DNA of 64,000 nucleotides from an uncultured Verrucomicrobiae bacterium (lineage in GTDB: Bacteria > Verrucomicrobiota > Verrucomicrobiia > Limisphaerales > Palsa-1400), in the NCBI GenBank assembly GCA_963702845.1, contig OY969763.1, positions 5,280,001 through 5,344,000 of the forward strand, in the 5' to 3' direction. The notes beneath the pieces were generated by a model that was not told the DNA's origin, did no database searches, and saw nothing but the letters and a program-made list of their open reading frames with translations. Every line of letters starts with the position of its first letter. Within the stretch, counting starts at the first letter, position 1. Position numbers and translations under genes: made by a program. Shown in pieces: positions 11,801 to 21,965 of this stretch.

Positions 11801-11972
11801 CAAGCCGCGATTGCTGCAGAAGCCGAAAGCGCGCGAGCCTGAGTCGGACACAAAACATCGCCGGCGATGGCGATGGATCGCGGCGGGAGCGGTTACCGCC
11901 GCGGGTGTGGCTGGTTTCGTCACGACGAACAGGACTCGAAAAACGACGGCCAAGTCGATCGTCTCAAAATAA
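8853..11972 (+). pseudogene. FAD-binding/Fe-S oxidoreductase (GlcD+GlcF/YdiJ-like), interrupted by in-frame TAG at 10779-10781
   Basis: GTATSLAGQ, GGMIGNNSCG, GEHGDG, CVGVGEC..CP, CLSC*GCKGDCP and CCG motifs; both ORFs share a frame. Confidence 0.85.
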
Positions 11973-12156
11973 GTTGCCGTTGGCGTCGAAGACCATGGGG
12001 TTGGGTTTTTCGAGCAGTCTCAGTTTGGTGTACAATGTGCGCCTCCGGTGCGCTCTTCGCAACCAGCGGAGGATGCGCTTGTCGAATACGACGATTTCGT
12101 CTCGGCAAAAAAATTATCGCCAGCGGTTTGCTCGCGGCTTACCATGGGCAGCCTTA

Positions 12157-13044
12157 ATGGAAGTCGCCCAGAATTTCTATGATGTGATCGAAACGACCTG
12201 CCGTGATCTCTATATCCAGTCGCTGAAAGAGATTCCGCCGGACGTTGTCGAGGCCATCAAACGCGCTGCTGCGCGCGAAACTAAAGAGGTCGCAAAACGC
12301 ATTTTCTCGCATTACCTGCGCTCCATCGAACTTGGCCAAAAAGAAAACATGATGGTGTGCCAGGATACGGGCATTCCGATTTATTGGGTGGAAATTGGCG
12401 GCAAAATGCGGTTCGACGGCGCGCAGTTGACGCAGGCGATTATTCGCGGAACCGAACGCGCCACGCGCGAACATCCGTTGCGCTCGAGCATCGTCGCCCC
12501 GCTCACGCGCGAGAATCGGCAGACGAGCACGGGCGAACGCATCCCGATCATTCACTACGATTTCGTGCCGGACTCCGATGAGATCGATATTTTGTTTATG
12601 CCGAAGGGGTCGGGCTCGGAAAACATGTCGTTCATGAAGATGCTGGTTCCGGCTGATGGAGTGAATGGCGTTAAGAAATTTGTTTTGGAAAATGTGGTCG
12701 GCGCCGGCGCGAAGCCTTGTCCGCCGATGGTGGTTGGAATTGGGATTGGTGGTTCGTCGGACCTTTGCATGACTCTCGCGAAGAAAGCCACGACGCGTCC
12801 GGTCGGCTCGCAAAATCCCGACCCGAAAATTGCGGCCATCGAACAGGAGCTGTTCGAAGCGATCAATTCCACCGGCATCGGGCCGCAAGGTCTCGGTGGC
12901 GATACCACGGCGCTCGGCGTCCATATCGAATCGGCGTGGACGCATATCACGTGCAATCCTGTGGCAGTGAACATCCAATGCTGGCGCGCGGAACGGCGTC
13001 GGGCCCGAGTGTCGCCTAGCGGACAGGTGACGATCGGATTTTAA
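12157..13044 (+). CDS. class I fumarate hydratase / L-tartrate dehydratase alpha subunit
   Basis: CQDTG, PKGSGSEN, KPCPP, GIGPQGLGG, VAVNIQCW. Confidence 0.9.
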   Translation: MEVAQNFYDVIETTCRDLYIQSLKEIPPDVVEAIKRAAARETKEVAKRIFSHYLRSIELGQKENMMVCQDTGIPIYWVEIGGKMRFDGAQLTQAIIRGTERATREHPLRSSIVAPLTRENRQTSTGERIPIIHYDFVPDSDEIDILFMPKGSGSENMSFMKMLVPADGVNGVKKFVLENVVGAGAKPCPPMVVGIGIGGSSDLCMTLAKKATTRPVGSQNPDPKIAAIEQELFEAINSTGIGPQGLGGDTTALGVHIESAWTHITCNPVAVNIQCWRAERRRARVSPSGQVTIGF

Positions 13045-13080
13045 CGCAACGGCGCAAAGCGGCGAAGACGCAAAGAAATT

Positions 13081-13672
13081 ATGGCAGAGTTTCGATTCAA
13101 GACTCCGTTGACCGAGAAAGATGTGCGCCAGTTGCACGTCGGAGATTCCGTGTTGCTGGATGGAGTCATTTTTGGCGTGCGCGACGGCAATTTGATTCGT
13201 GTGTTCGATAAGAAGGTCGCGCCGCCTTGCGATTGGAACGGCGCGGCGTTGTTGCACACAGCACCGAACGTGAAGAAAGTCGACGGCAAGTATGTTCCTG
13301 TTTGCGTCGGCACGACCACGAGCATGCGGATGGATCGTTTTACGCGAAGGTTTGCTGCGCGATTACGGAGTGCGCGCGATTTTGGGCAAAGGCGGGATGT
13401 CGCTACGCACGGCCGAATTGATGAAGCAATACGGCGCGGTTTATCTATCGGTGACCGGTGGCGCGGCGGCGATGGAAACATTGCAGATTGAAGAGATCGA
13501 AAACGTTTTTTGGGAAGATTTGATGCCGGAATGCATTTGGCAGATTCGGTTCAAAGGCTTCGGGCCGCTGACGGTCGGGATTGATGCGCATGGCGGCAAT
13601 TTGCAAATGGACGTGCAAGCGCAAGCGAACCAAAAGGCTGCAGAACTGATGAAGAAAATGGGGCTCGTTTGA
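13081..13672 (+). pseudogene. fumarate hydratase / tartrate dehydratase beta subunit, one extra base near 13345
   Basis: GTTTSMRMDRFT in the first frame continues as EGLL..ILGKGGM..GGAAA..DAHG in the next. Confidence 0.85.
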
Positions 13673-13676
13673 TTTT

Positions 13677-14069
13677 ATGACAACCGCTGACGCAACCACC
13701 CAGACGAGCGCGCCGATCAAGCGCCGGTTTCAAAGTTATCGCGGCACATGGGCCTGGCTCACGCAACGGATTAGCGCGATTTGTTTGTTTTTGCTGATCC
13801 CGGTGAAGATTTACACGGGCTGGGCGGCGAAGGATAAAGTGCCGTATCCGGAGTTTCTCGGTTCGCCGAAAGCGACGCACTTCAGCGGTGGCATTGATAT
13901 CGCGTTGTTATTGTTTTTTCTGATTCACGGGTTTTACGGGTTGCGCGTCATCTTGATTGATGTTGGCGTGATTCGGGAAGATTCGTTCTTCTGGCGCACG
14001 CTGATTTTGGCCCTCGGCATTTTTGGGTTCGCCGTTTGGTACGTTTACGTGCACGGCTACGAGGGCTAA
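13677..14069 (+). CDS. succinate dehydrogenase/fumarate reductase membrane-anchor-like protein (SdhC/SdhD family)
   Basis: WAWLTQRISA and HGFYGLRVILID motifs, three TM helices. Confidence 0.7.
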   Translation: MTTADATTQTSAPIKRRFQSYRGTWAWLTQRISAICLFLLIPVKIYTGWAAKDKVPYPEFLGSPKATHFSGGIDIALLLFFLIHGFYGLRVILIDVGVIREDSFFWRTLILALGIFGFAVWYVYVHGYEG

Positions 14070-14121
14070 GCGTCCAGCAATTTCCGCTTTGCAGTTCGCA
14101 CTTTGAAATTAAACTAGTGCG

Positions 14122-14928
14122 ATGCTGATCAATTTCACGAAGATGAACGGAGCGGGAAACGACTTTGTGCTCATCGACAATCGCGAGCGCAAAATCAAAC
14201 TTTCCACTGAGCAAATCGTTCTCATTTGTGACCGGCATCGGGGCGTTGGCGCTGATGGCGTAATGATGCTTGTGCCTGCTTCGGGCAAAGCCGACTGGGC
14301 CTGGGACTTTTACAACGCCGACGGCAGTGAGGCTGAAATGTGCGGCAATGGGTCGCGTTGTTTTGCCCGTTACGTGGAGCGCACGGCTGGTGTGACCGGC
14401 GAGTTCACATTTGAAACGAAGGCCGGCATCATTTCCGCAAAACTCCATGGTGATCGCGTCACGATTAATCTCACTTCGCCGCAGGATTTGCGGTTGAACG
14501 AAATTGTTCCACTCAGTGTTGGCAAAACCGCGATTCATTCGTTGAACACCGGTGTTCCACATGCGGTGTTATTCGTGCCGGACGCCGACAAAGCGATGGT
14601 CGGCACGATTGGTCCTGAAGTCCGACGCCACTCACACTTCGCTCCGCGCGGAACAAATGTGAATTTTGTCGAACTCAAAGGCGGCAACACGATCCGGGTC
14701 CGAACGTTCGAGCGCGGCGTGGAAGGCGAAACGTTGGCGTGCGGCACGGGGGTGTCGGCGTCGGCGATGATTTCGGCGCGGTTGCATGGGCTCAAGTCGC
14801 CAGTCAAAGTACACGTGCAGGGCGGCGATGTGTTAGAAGTTGGGTTTGAGGAAAAAGAGGGAGCGTTCTCCAACGTCAGTCTGACCGGCCCCGCAGATTT
14901 CGTGTTTGAAGGCCAGATTCGCCTTTAA
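14122..14928 (+). CDS. dapF: diaminopimelate epimerase
   Basis: GAGNDF, MCGNG, GVPH, ERGVEGETLACGTG. Confidence 0.97.
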   Translation: MLINFTKMNGAGNDFVLIDNRERKIKLSTEQIVLICDRHRGVGADGVMMLVPASGKADWAWDFYNADGSEAEMCGNGSRCFARYVERTAGVTGEFTFETKAGIISAKLHGDRVTINLTSPQDLRLNEIVPLSVGKTAIHSLNTGVPHAVLFVPDADKAMVGTIGPEVRRHSHFAPRGTNVNFVELKGGNTIRVRTFERGVEGETLACGTGVSASAMISARLHGLKSPVKVHVQGGDVLEVGFEEKEGAFSNVSLTGPADFVFEGQIRL

Positions 14929-14970
14929 CATTGCCGGGCTGCGCCAATCGGCGACATACTTAAGCTGCTT

Positions 14971-15732
14971 ATGTTGCTGGAAAATCTTTCCTGGCCAGAG
15001 GTGCGCCAACTCAAAGTGGCCGATAAAATCGTCTTGTTTCCGCTGGGCTCATTTGAGCAACACGGCCATCACATGCCACTGACGACGGATACAGACATCG
15101 TCACAGGCATCGCACGCCGACTAGAGCAGAAACGACCAAAAAAGATTTTGTGCCTGCCAACGCTTTGGCCCGGGCACTCCACGCATCACTTGGCTTTTCC
15201 GGGAACTCTCAGTGTTTCGCAGATGCCGTATATCAATTTGGTTTGTGAAATGTGCCGGTCGATTGTGAAGATGGGTGCGAAGAAAGTTTTTCTGCTGAAC
15301 GGCCACGGTGGAAACGATATTCCGGTTCGGGCCGCGTTGCGTGAACTGAAAACTGAGTTTCCGAAAATCCAATTTGTCTTTGTTTCCTACTGGTCGCTCG
15401 CGGCGCAGACCATCAATAAAGTGCGCGAATCGGAAATGGGAGGACTCGGCCACGCTTGCGAAATGGAAGCGTCGGTCATGCTTTATCTCCATCCGGAAAA
15501 AGTGAACATGAAGAAAGCGCGTCGGGATGGGCGCAGTAAAAATCAAGACCACTACCGGAAAAGCGATATGATGACGTCGCGACCGGTTTATTTCGTGAAC
15601 GAGTTCAACGAAATTTCCGAGACCGGCACGGTTGGGTTTCCTGACCTTGCAACCGCCGAAAAAGGAAAGCGTTTCATCAACGGGATTGTCGATGAAGTGC
15701 TCGATTTCGTGGACGATTTTGCGAAGTGGTAG
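14971..15732 (+). CDS. creatininase-family amidohydrolase
   Basis: GSFEQHGHH..TD, NGHGGN, GHACEME. Confidence 0.92.
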   Translation: MLLENLSWPEVRQLKVADKIVLFPLGSFEQHGHHMPLTTDTDIVTGIARRLEQKRPKKILCLPTLWPGHSTHHLAFPGTLSVSQMPYINLVCEMCRSIVKMGAKKVFLLNGHGGNDIPVRAALRELKTEFPKIQFVFVSYWSLAAQTINKVRESEMGGLGHACEMEASVMLYLHPEKVNMKKARRDGRSKNQDHYRKSDMMTSRPVYFVNEFNEISETGTVGFPDLATAEKGKRFINGIVDEVLDFVDDFAKW

Positions 15733-15734
15733 AC

Positions 15735-16541
15735 TTACGCCCTCGCTAACTCGAACCGCGATTCCGTTTCCGAAACGGCTTCGACGTGCGGCTCCGTTAC
15801 GGTTTCAACTGCGAGCTTTCCCAATGCGGTCCCTCGCAACTTCTGGAAGTCGTAGTCACAAAGGTCGCCGATGCGATCGATCGTTATGTCTGCCGGAGAG
15901 TATTTGGCGAGCGCCTGCGGGTCCTGCGCATAATGTCCCTGGCGGACAAACACGGTCGTAACTCCGCCCCCCCAGATTTTTTTTACTGCGTCAAGAATGC
16001 GCAATTTGTCGTCGACGATGACGTAGTGTTCGGCGGGATAGCGGCTCTCGACGTCGTCGAGCTCGTGCTCCTTGTGCAGGTAAATCAGCACATTGTCGTG
16101 AACTGCGTGGCCAAGACCCGATCGGTCGATCTTGCGCGGCTGAAAGACGACGTCGCCGTCGCTAAGAATAACGCACGGACCCCATTGTTGAAGATGCTCA
16201 ATGGCGTCGATAGCACGCGGAAACACCCGGTTCGAAAACGGATATTTCATCATGAACTTCGACATCAGTAGAAAGCGGGGATCGCGCGGATTTTCGGCGC
16301 GATAACGTTGGAGCGCACCGAGGTAGTCGGCATAGCCCATCTCATTGCGAAGCTGCTCGTAAATGGCCCAATAACGTTTTTGGCGCTCCTCGCCGAATTC
16401 GTGGAACAGGAACTGCCGCAGATCTTCGGTGACACGGTCGTTGTTCAACAAGGTGTTGTCGACATCCAAGAGGAAAACGACGCGGTGCGGTTTGAGATTG
16501 TGTGCTTTTTTGGCCCGGGGTTCAGAAAGTGGCGCGGTCAT
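15735..16541 (-). CDS. HAD-family hydrolase
   Basis: DVDNTLL motif I, VDDK. Confidence 0.85.
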   Translation of the reverse strand: MTAPLSEPRAKKAHNLKPHRVVFLLDVDNTLLNNDRVTEDLRQFLFHEFGEERQKRYWAIYEQLRNEMGYADYLGALQRYRAENPRDPRFLLMSKFMMKYPFSNRVFPRAIDAIEHLQQWGPCVILSDGDVVFQPRKIDRSGLGHAVHDNVLIYLHKEHELDDVESRYPAEHYVIVDDKLRILDAVKKIWGGGVTTVFVRQGHYAQDPQALAKYSPADITIDRIGDLCDYDFQKLRGTALGKLAVETVTEPHVEAVSETESRFELARA

Positions 16542-16617
16542 ATCGTTTTTCTAAGATGCCCCGTTTCAAGTGGGAATTCCAACGGGGGTTTTCCTGATTC
16601 GCATGTACTCCCCTACG

Positions 16618-17520
16618 TCAATGAATTGGGTCGGGCATATTTCCGTCGAGGGGCGAAGACGTCCGCGAGCGCATCCAAAGCCAATCAGCGTAGTCGTCAT
16701 CATTTGCGACGCGGTGACCCCAGCCGACCTTTTGTTTCCGATATTTCCATTGGTGAGTTTCGGAATGACCGTCCGCAAAGGCGAAGCCGCAGCCGTAGTT
16801 ATGATAGGTTCCGGGAACGTCATACCAAATTGGCTGCTCCATGCCGTACCCGAATGCCGCATCGTTCAAGTCCGTCGCATCCTCATCTATCAAAACCCAA
16901 AGCATCGAAGGCCCCGGCGCGCCAATGCTCGAAAATTTTCCGTAGGTCATCCACGGCCCGGTGCGCTTGTTGCCGTGTCCGTTGTCCAGCCATGGGCCAT
17001 CGACGGGCAAGTAAGGTTTGCCGCCGTGCTTGCCCCACTTCGTATCGAACGCCTCGCAAATCGTGCCGCACGCCTGGCTCATCGAAAACGTGCGCGCCGA
17101 TGGAACTGTGTGACCGATCAACGCGGCGTTGGTGCCTTGATATAAGCCCGTCCGTTTGTCGGTCGGACAGCGGAAGACCGAAACGTTATTGGCCACGTAA
17201 TGGATGAGCAGACTGCGAGTCGGATCGCTAATGATGTCTGGGTTGAATTCCTCTTGCCCGCCTTGGCCCGCTTTGCCGCCGCACCAATTATGGCCGGGGA
17301 TAATGTTCGCGTCGTCTGGATTGGGCGGAAAAAAATCGTGGTAATCGGATGAATACATTACAAGCGCAGTCATGAGTTGATGGCCGTTGTTCACGCAAGA
17401 GACACCTTCGGCTTTTTGCTTACCGCGAGAAAGTGCTGGAACCAAAAGAGCGGCCAGAATCGCAATGATGCCGATCACCACGAGGAGCTCGATCAATGTG
17501 AATGCCCGCTGTAGCCGCAT
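16618..17520 (-). CDS. prepilin-type N-terminal cleavage/methylation protein with H-X9-DG motif
   Basis: [34 protein letters not shown]. Confidence 0.9.
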   Translation of the reverse strand: MRLQRAFTLIELLVVIGIIAILAALLVPALSRGKQKAEGVSCVNNGHQLMTALVMYSSDYHDFFPPNPDDANIIPGHNWCGGKAGQGGQEEFNPDIISDPTRSLLIHYVANNVSVFRCPTDKRTGLYQGTNAALIGHTVPSARTFSMSQACGTICEAFDTKWGKHGGKPYLPVDGPWLDNGHGNKRTGPWMTYGKFSSIGAPGPSMLWVLIDEDATDLNDAAFGYGMEQPIWYDVPGTYHNYGCGFAFADGHSETHQWKYRKQKVGWGHRVANDDDYADWLWMRSRTSSPLDGNMPDPIH

Positions 17521-17551
17521 TGCGGCACGCTACAGCGACAACATTCCTTTG

Positions 17552-18730
17552 TCACGCCATCGCTTGCTTCAGCACCGTCTGCAGTTTCGGCGAGTCGAGC
17601 TTTTCGATCATCTTGCGCAACTTGGTCAATGCCATTTCTTGAATCTGGCGAATGCGCTCGCGCGTGACACCAAAACGTTTTCCGATTTCTTCCAGCGTTT
17701 CTTCGCGTTCGCCGTTGAGATTGAAGCGCAGTTTCAGAATAGTAGCCTCGCGATCGTCCAATTTAGTCAGCATGTCGCGAACCAGACTGGTGTTGGTTTT
17801 CGCTTCCAATTCTTCGTAAGGCGTGTCGGCGCGTTCGTCTTCAACGACGTCCGCAATGCGGTTCGAGTCTTCGTCCCCGAGTGACGCATCGAGCGAGGTT
17901 GGCGTGATCGCTGCCGCTCGATATTGCGTCACACGTCGACGGGAAATCCCCAACTCCTCCGCGATCTCTTCATCCGTTGGCTCGCGTCCGAAAATCTCTT
18001 GCAGCTTCATGGCAGAGCGACGGATGTGCGCAACTTTATCAACAACATGCACCGGCAACCGAATCGTCTTGGATTGGTTTGCCAGGGCGCGTTTGATCGA
18101 TTGCTTGATCCACCATGCACCGTAGGTGGAAAATTTCGCGCCTTTCGCGGGATCGAAGCGCTCAACCGCCTTCATCAAACCGATGTTGCCTTCGTTGATC
18201 AGGTCGAGCAGCGGCATGCCGTAGTTTTCGTAATCGCGCGCAATTTTGACAACGAGACGCAAGTTGGCTTTGATCATTTGCTCGCGCGCTTTTTTGTCGC
18301 TCTTCTTGATACGTTTGGCGAGTTCGACTTCCTCTTGAATGGTTAGCAACGGCGTGCGCGCAATTTCGCGAAGGTAAAGATTCAACGCTGAATTGGCGTC
18401 GTATCGCTGACGTTCCACTTCGGGTTCGGCGACATGGGGAGCCTGGGGCTGCTGTTGGCGCTCGTCCAAACGGTGCTCCGCTGCAGCCGTTTCAACCGGG
18501 ACAGGTTCTCGCACAGCAACCGAAGCCGCCGTCTCCATAAGTTTTGGCTGCGCTTTCCGGTGATGTGCCGGTTCGAGGATTCGAGTTCGAGTCGCGGCAG
18601 AAGTGTGGTGCTTCCGCGCATGCAACGCCTTAACTCGCGGATGTTTTCTTCCGTTCCTGTGTGCCGCGCCGTTGTGAGTTCGTAGCCGTTTCTTGGCCCC
18701 GGTTTTGGGGCTCGAAATAGTCGATAGCAT
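17552..18730 (-). CDS. RNA polymerase sigma-70 factor (RpoD/RpoS-like, lacking acidic region 1.1)
   Basis: LYLREI, ANLRLVV, DLINEGNIGLMKAVERFDP, TLEEIG..GVTRERIRQI. Confidence 0.93.
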   Translation of the reverse strand: MLSTISSPKTGAKKRLRTHNGAAHRNGRKHPRVKALHARKHHTSAATRTRILEPAHHRKAQPKLMETAASVAVREPVPVETAAAEHRLDERQQQPQAPHVAEPEVERQRYDANSALNLYLREIARTPLLTIQEEVELAKRIKKSDKKAREQMIKANLRLVVKIARDYENYGMPLLDLINEGNIGLMKAVERFDPAKGAKFSTYGAWWIKQSIKRALANQSKTIRLPVHVVDKVAHIRRSAMKLQEIFGREPTDEEIAEELGISRRRVTQYRAAAITPTSLDASLGDEDSNRIADVVEDERADTPYEELEAKTNTSLVRDMLTKLDDREATILKLRFNLNGEREETLEEIGKRFGVTRERIRQIQEMALTKLRKMIEKLDSPKLQTVLKQAMA

Positions 18731-18879
18731 TCGTTCCTCCTGAAATTGTGTTGGAGGTCAATCCTCCTGCGCACTAATCACCTCCAACATGATAATTTAC
18801 TCGTACCGGCGGACTTTTGCTGAAGAAATTTTTGCTTTAGGCGATAGGGGCGGTCGGGGATGTTACTATCAGGCGGCGG

Positions 18880-19761
18880 TCAACGCTTTGCGTTGCAGGC
18901 GCTTATGAGCACCTCAACCAATTGGTCGGAAGTCCATTCATTTCCTTCAAAAATCTTTTGCAGCCGGCCATTTGCATCAATAACGGCGGTTCGCAGATTG
19001 TGGCTGATGGTTGTGCCGTCGTGCCAATATCGCTCGTCGAATGTTTCGCAAAGTTCAGTAACACCTGTTTCCGTGCCGGTGACGAATTGCCAATGCTGCG
19101 GGTCGTAATGTTGCGCTTGAGCATATTGCAGGAGCCTGGCCGGCGTATCGTGTTCCGGGTCAAAGCTAACACTGAGCAACTGCCAGTTTTGTGGCGCATC
19201 TTTTCGTGCCAACATTTTCTTTTCGACTTCGCCAAAGTTACTCGTCATGCGCGGACAAAAATTCGGAAATGGGCAACTGGTAAAAATAAATGTGACGGCA
19301 AATGCTTTGCCTTTCAAGTCAGCTAAACTCACCGCCTGGCCGAGTTCGTTGGTCAGATGAAAGTCCGGCACACGCTCACCGACGTCGAGCGGCTCAATTG
19401 CGCGCACCACCTGAATGCTCGAGCGCGATGGCATTTGCTCCGGTGAGGAACTCAACTTGACGATGTGTTCAATCCAACCTTCGTTTGTTGTCACAACCAT
19501 GCGGAACGAGATGCGGTCACCAGCTTGCAACCCGCGCAGTTCGTTGGTGGTCTTCACGTCGAACGGCATGGTCATCGCTTCCATGTAACCGGGAATTTTT
19601 TCGTGCTGAACGGTGACGGTTTTTTCGGCGGGCTTTACTTCTTTGACGATGCCGCGAACGGAGAACACTTTCGGCGCTTCAGCGGGCCGTTTGCCGCAGC
19701 CGCAAAAAGCAATCGCGAGAAACGGTAATAACAACAGCAGCGCTCGCCAGCGCCGGATCAC
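18880..19761 (-). CDS. lipoprotein with CusF-like copper-binding domain plus SCO1/SenC domain
   Basis: FCGC lipobox, HEKIPGYMEAMTM, FTSCPFPNFCP, SFDPEHD, HNL. GTG start overlaps the hisC stop. Confidence 0.85.
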   Translation of the reverse strand: MIRRWRALLLLLPFLAIAFCGCGKRPAEAPKVFSVRGIVKEVKPAEKTVTVQHEKIPGYMEAMTMPFDVKTTNELRGLQAGDRISFRMVVTTNEGWIEHIVKLSSSPEQMPSRSSIQVVRAIEPLDVGERVPDFHLTNELGQAVSLADLKGKAFAVTFIFTSCPFPNFCPRMTSNFGEVEKKMLARKDAPQNWQLLSVSFDPEHDTPARLLQYAQAQHYDPQHWQFVTGTETGVTELCETFDERYWHDGTTISHNLRTAVIDANGRLQKIFEGNEWTSDQLVEVLISACNAKR

Positions 19762-20858
19762 TTGCCTAAAATTTTCTTCAACGTAGCGACGCATCGTGCG
19801 TTCTCCTCGGGCGTGCCGATCGAAATTCGAATGTATTCGGGCAATTTATAACCGCCCATCGGACGCACAATAACGCCCTGCTTTTGCAATTGTTCAAATA
19901 CGCGCTGGCCATCGCCGGCGCGGACGAGGATGAAATTTGCGAAGGTTGGAACTGTTTCGAGCCCCATTTCTGCGAGCTCTTTTTCGAGAAAGTTTTTCCC
20001 GACAAAATTATTCTCGCGCGTTCTTCGCACATGGTCGACATCGTCCAACGCTGCCAAGCCACCTGCCTGGGCGAGTGAATTGATGTTGAACGGTTGACGA
20101 ATCTTTTCGAGCGCGGAGATAAAGTCCGGATGAGCGATTCCGTATCCAACACGTGTTCCCGCGAGGCCGTAAATCTTCGAGAACGTGCGCATGAGAATCA
20201 GGTTTTGCTTCTCACCGCGTTTGATCGTCGGAACTAAATCGAGCGGCTTCTCCAAAAATTCAATGTAAGCCTCGTCCATCACGAGCACAGCGTGATCAGG
20301 CACGCCATTCACCAACTCCATTACCTCTTCGTTCGAAGCGAGTGTGCCCGTGGGATTATTCGGGTTGGCGACGAATACCGCTTTTGTGCGCGGCGTTATT
20401 GCTTTGAACATCGCTCGCAAATCGTGGCCATGGTTTTTGGCTGGCACCACAATGACGCTCGCGCCGAGCATCTTTGCGACAATCGGATAAATCGCGAAAC
20501 AGTACTCGGACACAACGATTTCATCGCCGGGGCCGAGCAGAGCATGACCGAGGAACTCGATGATTTCGTTCGAGCCGTTGCCCAAAATCACATTTGCCGG
20601 TTCAACTTCGAGTTTCGCTGCCAACTTTTGTTTGAAATAAAACGCATTGCCGTCCGGATACAGGTGCAACTGCTTCGCGGCTTCTTGAATGGCAGCAAGC
20701 GCTTTCGGCGAAGGACCGAACGGATTTTCGTTCGACGCGAGCTTGATGATTTGCTTCGCGGGAATGCCTAACTCGCGCGCGACTTCTTCGATGGGTCGGC
20801 CCGGTTGATACACCGGAAGGGTTTCAAGAGTCGGATTCAGTTTAAAAGCAAGTTTCAT
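19758..20858 (-). CDS. hisC: histidinol-phosphate aminotransferase
   Basis: KLASNENP, NPNNPTG, DEAY, RTFSKIYGLAG. Confidence 0.95.
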   Translation of the reverse strand: MKLAFKLNPTLETLPVYQPGRPIEEVARELGIPAKQIIKLASNENPFGPSPKALAAIQEAAKQLHLYPDGNAFYFKQKLAAKLEVEPANVILGNGSNEIIEFLGHALLGPGDEIVVSEYCFAIYPIVAKMLGASVIVVPAKNHGHDLRAMFKAITPRTKAVFVANPNNPTGTLASNEEVMELVNGVPDHAVLVMDEAYIEFLEKPLDLVPTIKRGEKQNLILMRTFSKIYGLAGTRVGYGIAHPDFISALEKIRQPFNINSLAQAGGLAALDDVDHVRRTRENNFVGKNFLEKELAEMGLETVPTFANFILVRAGDGQRVFEQLQKQGVIVRPMGGYKLPEYIRISIGTPEENARCVATLKKILGK

Positions 20859-20882
20859 GGCAGTGCTGATAACGGCAGCGAA

Positions 20883-21965
20883 TTACAATGCGCTGAGGAT
20901 GCGATTCACGTCAACATGCGCCGCGATGATGTCGCGAATGACGGCGATCTTTTCAGTGTCAGCGGGACGCGTTTTCACGATCAGGTTATGGACCTTGAAA
21001 GCCACTTCGTAGCTGTTCTCGCGGGCTAATAACACCGGGAACGGCAGTTTATCAATGACCTTCAAGACACCGGCGCTCGGTCGAAAACCGCCGGTCAGCA
21101 CAATTCCCGCGAGGCTTTCTTTTGTTCCAGTGCCGGCGGCGGCCATGACCAGATCTTCGCGGTCGCCCGGCGTTATCACCAGGACGCCCGGCTTGAAATA
21201 ACTCACTGCGTTTTGCGAACTCATTGCGCCAATTATAACGTGCTCCAACACATTGTGAATTCCCGTGCCGTTGAGGATTTCGGCTTTGAGTTCCTCGCGA
21301 ATGGAATCGACGGTTGGGTTCGACAAAATGCTGCGATGCGGCACCACTCCCAGCAAATCGAGACCTTTGCGCTTCAACCCTCGTCGCGCGAATTCGGTGA
21401 CAAAATCTATTTTCTCTGGAAGCACCTTGTTCAAAATCACGCCGATGACTGGAACACCTTCCTTCTCGAACAAAGCCTGGTTCAGGGAAACTTCATCAAT
21501 CGGTTTTCCAATTCCGCCCTGACTCACGATGATGACTTTCGCGCCAAGCAACTTCGCCACCTGGGCGTTTGAAAGGTCGAACACCGAGCCGACCCCGGCA
21601 TGCCCGGAGCCTTCGCAGAGAACGAAATCTTTTTCCCACGCCACGCGGTCGAACGCTTTCTGAATTTTTTTGGCGAGAAAATCGCTCGCTGAAGACTGCA
21701 AATATTTGCGCGTGAAATCGGGTTCGACGGCGATCGGGCTCATGTCCACGAGCGGACAATTCAGCCGATAGACGCGATCCATCAATACTGTGTCTTCATC
21801 GATTTTTTGTTCCTCGATTTCAACGAAGCGCTGGCCGACTGGTTTGATGTAGCCGACGCGCGGATAAATCTTCTGCAATGCGGACAACAATCCAAGCGAC
21901 GTAGTTGTCTTGCCGTCGTTTTGCCGCGTTGCGGCGATGAAAACCCGAGGCGTTGAAGTGTTCAT
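20883..21965 (-). CDS. phosphotransacetylase N-terminal-like protein (AAA_26/BioD-like + DRTGG)
   Basis: DGKTT, KPVG, EGSG, PGDR..LTGG. Confidence 0.85.
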   Translation of the reverse strand: MNTSTPRVFIAATRQNDGKTTTSLGLLSALQKIYPRVGYIKPVGQRFVEIEEQKIDEDTVLMDRVYRLNCPLVDMSPIAVEPDFTRKYLQSSASDFLAKKIQKAFDRVAWEKDFVLCEGSGHAGVGSVFDLSNAQVAKLLGAKVIIVSQGGIGKPIDEVSLNQALFEKEGVPVIGVILNKVLPEKIDFVTEFARRGLKRKGLDLLGVVPHRSILSNPTVDSIREELKAEILNGTGIHNVLEHVIIGAMSSQNAVSYFKPGVLVITPGDREDLVMAAAGTGTKESLAGIVLTGGFRPSAGVLKVIDKLPFPVLLARENSYEVAFKVHNLIVKTRPADTEKIAVIRDIIAAHVDVNRILSAL

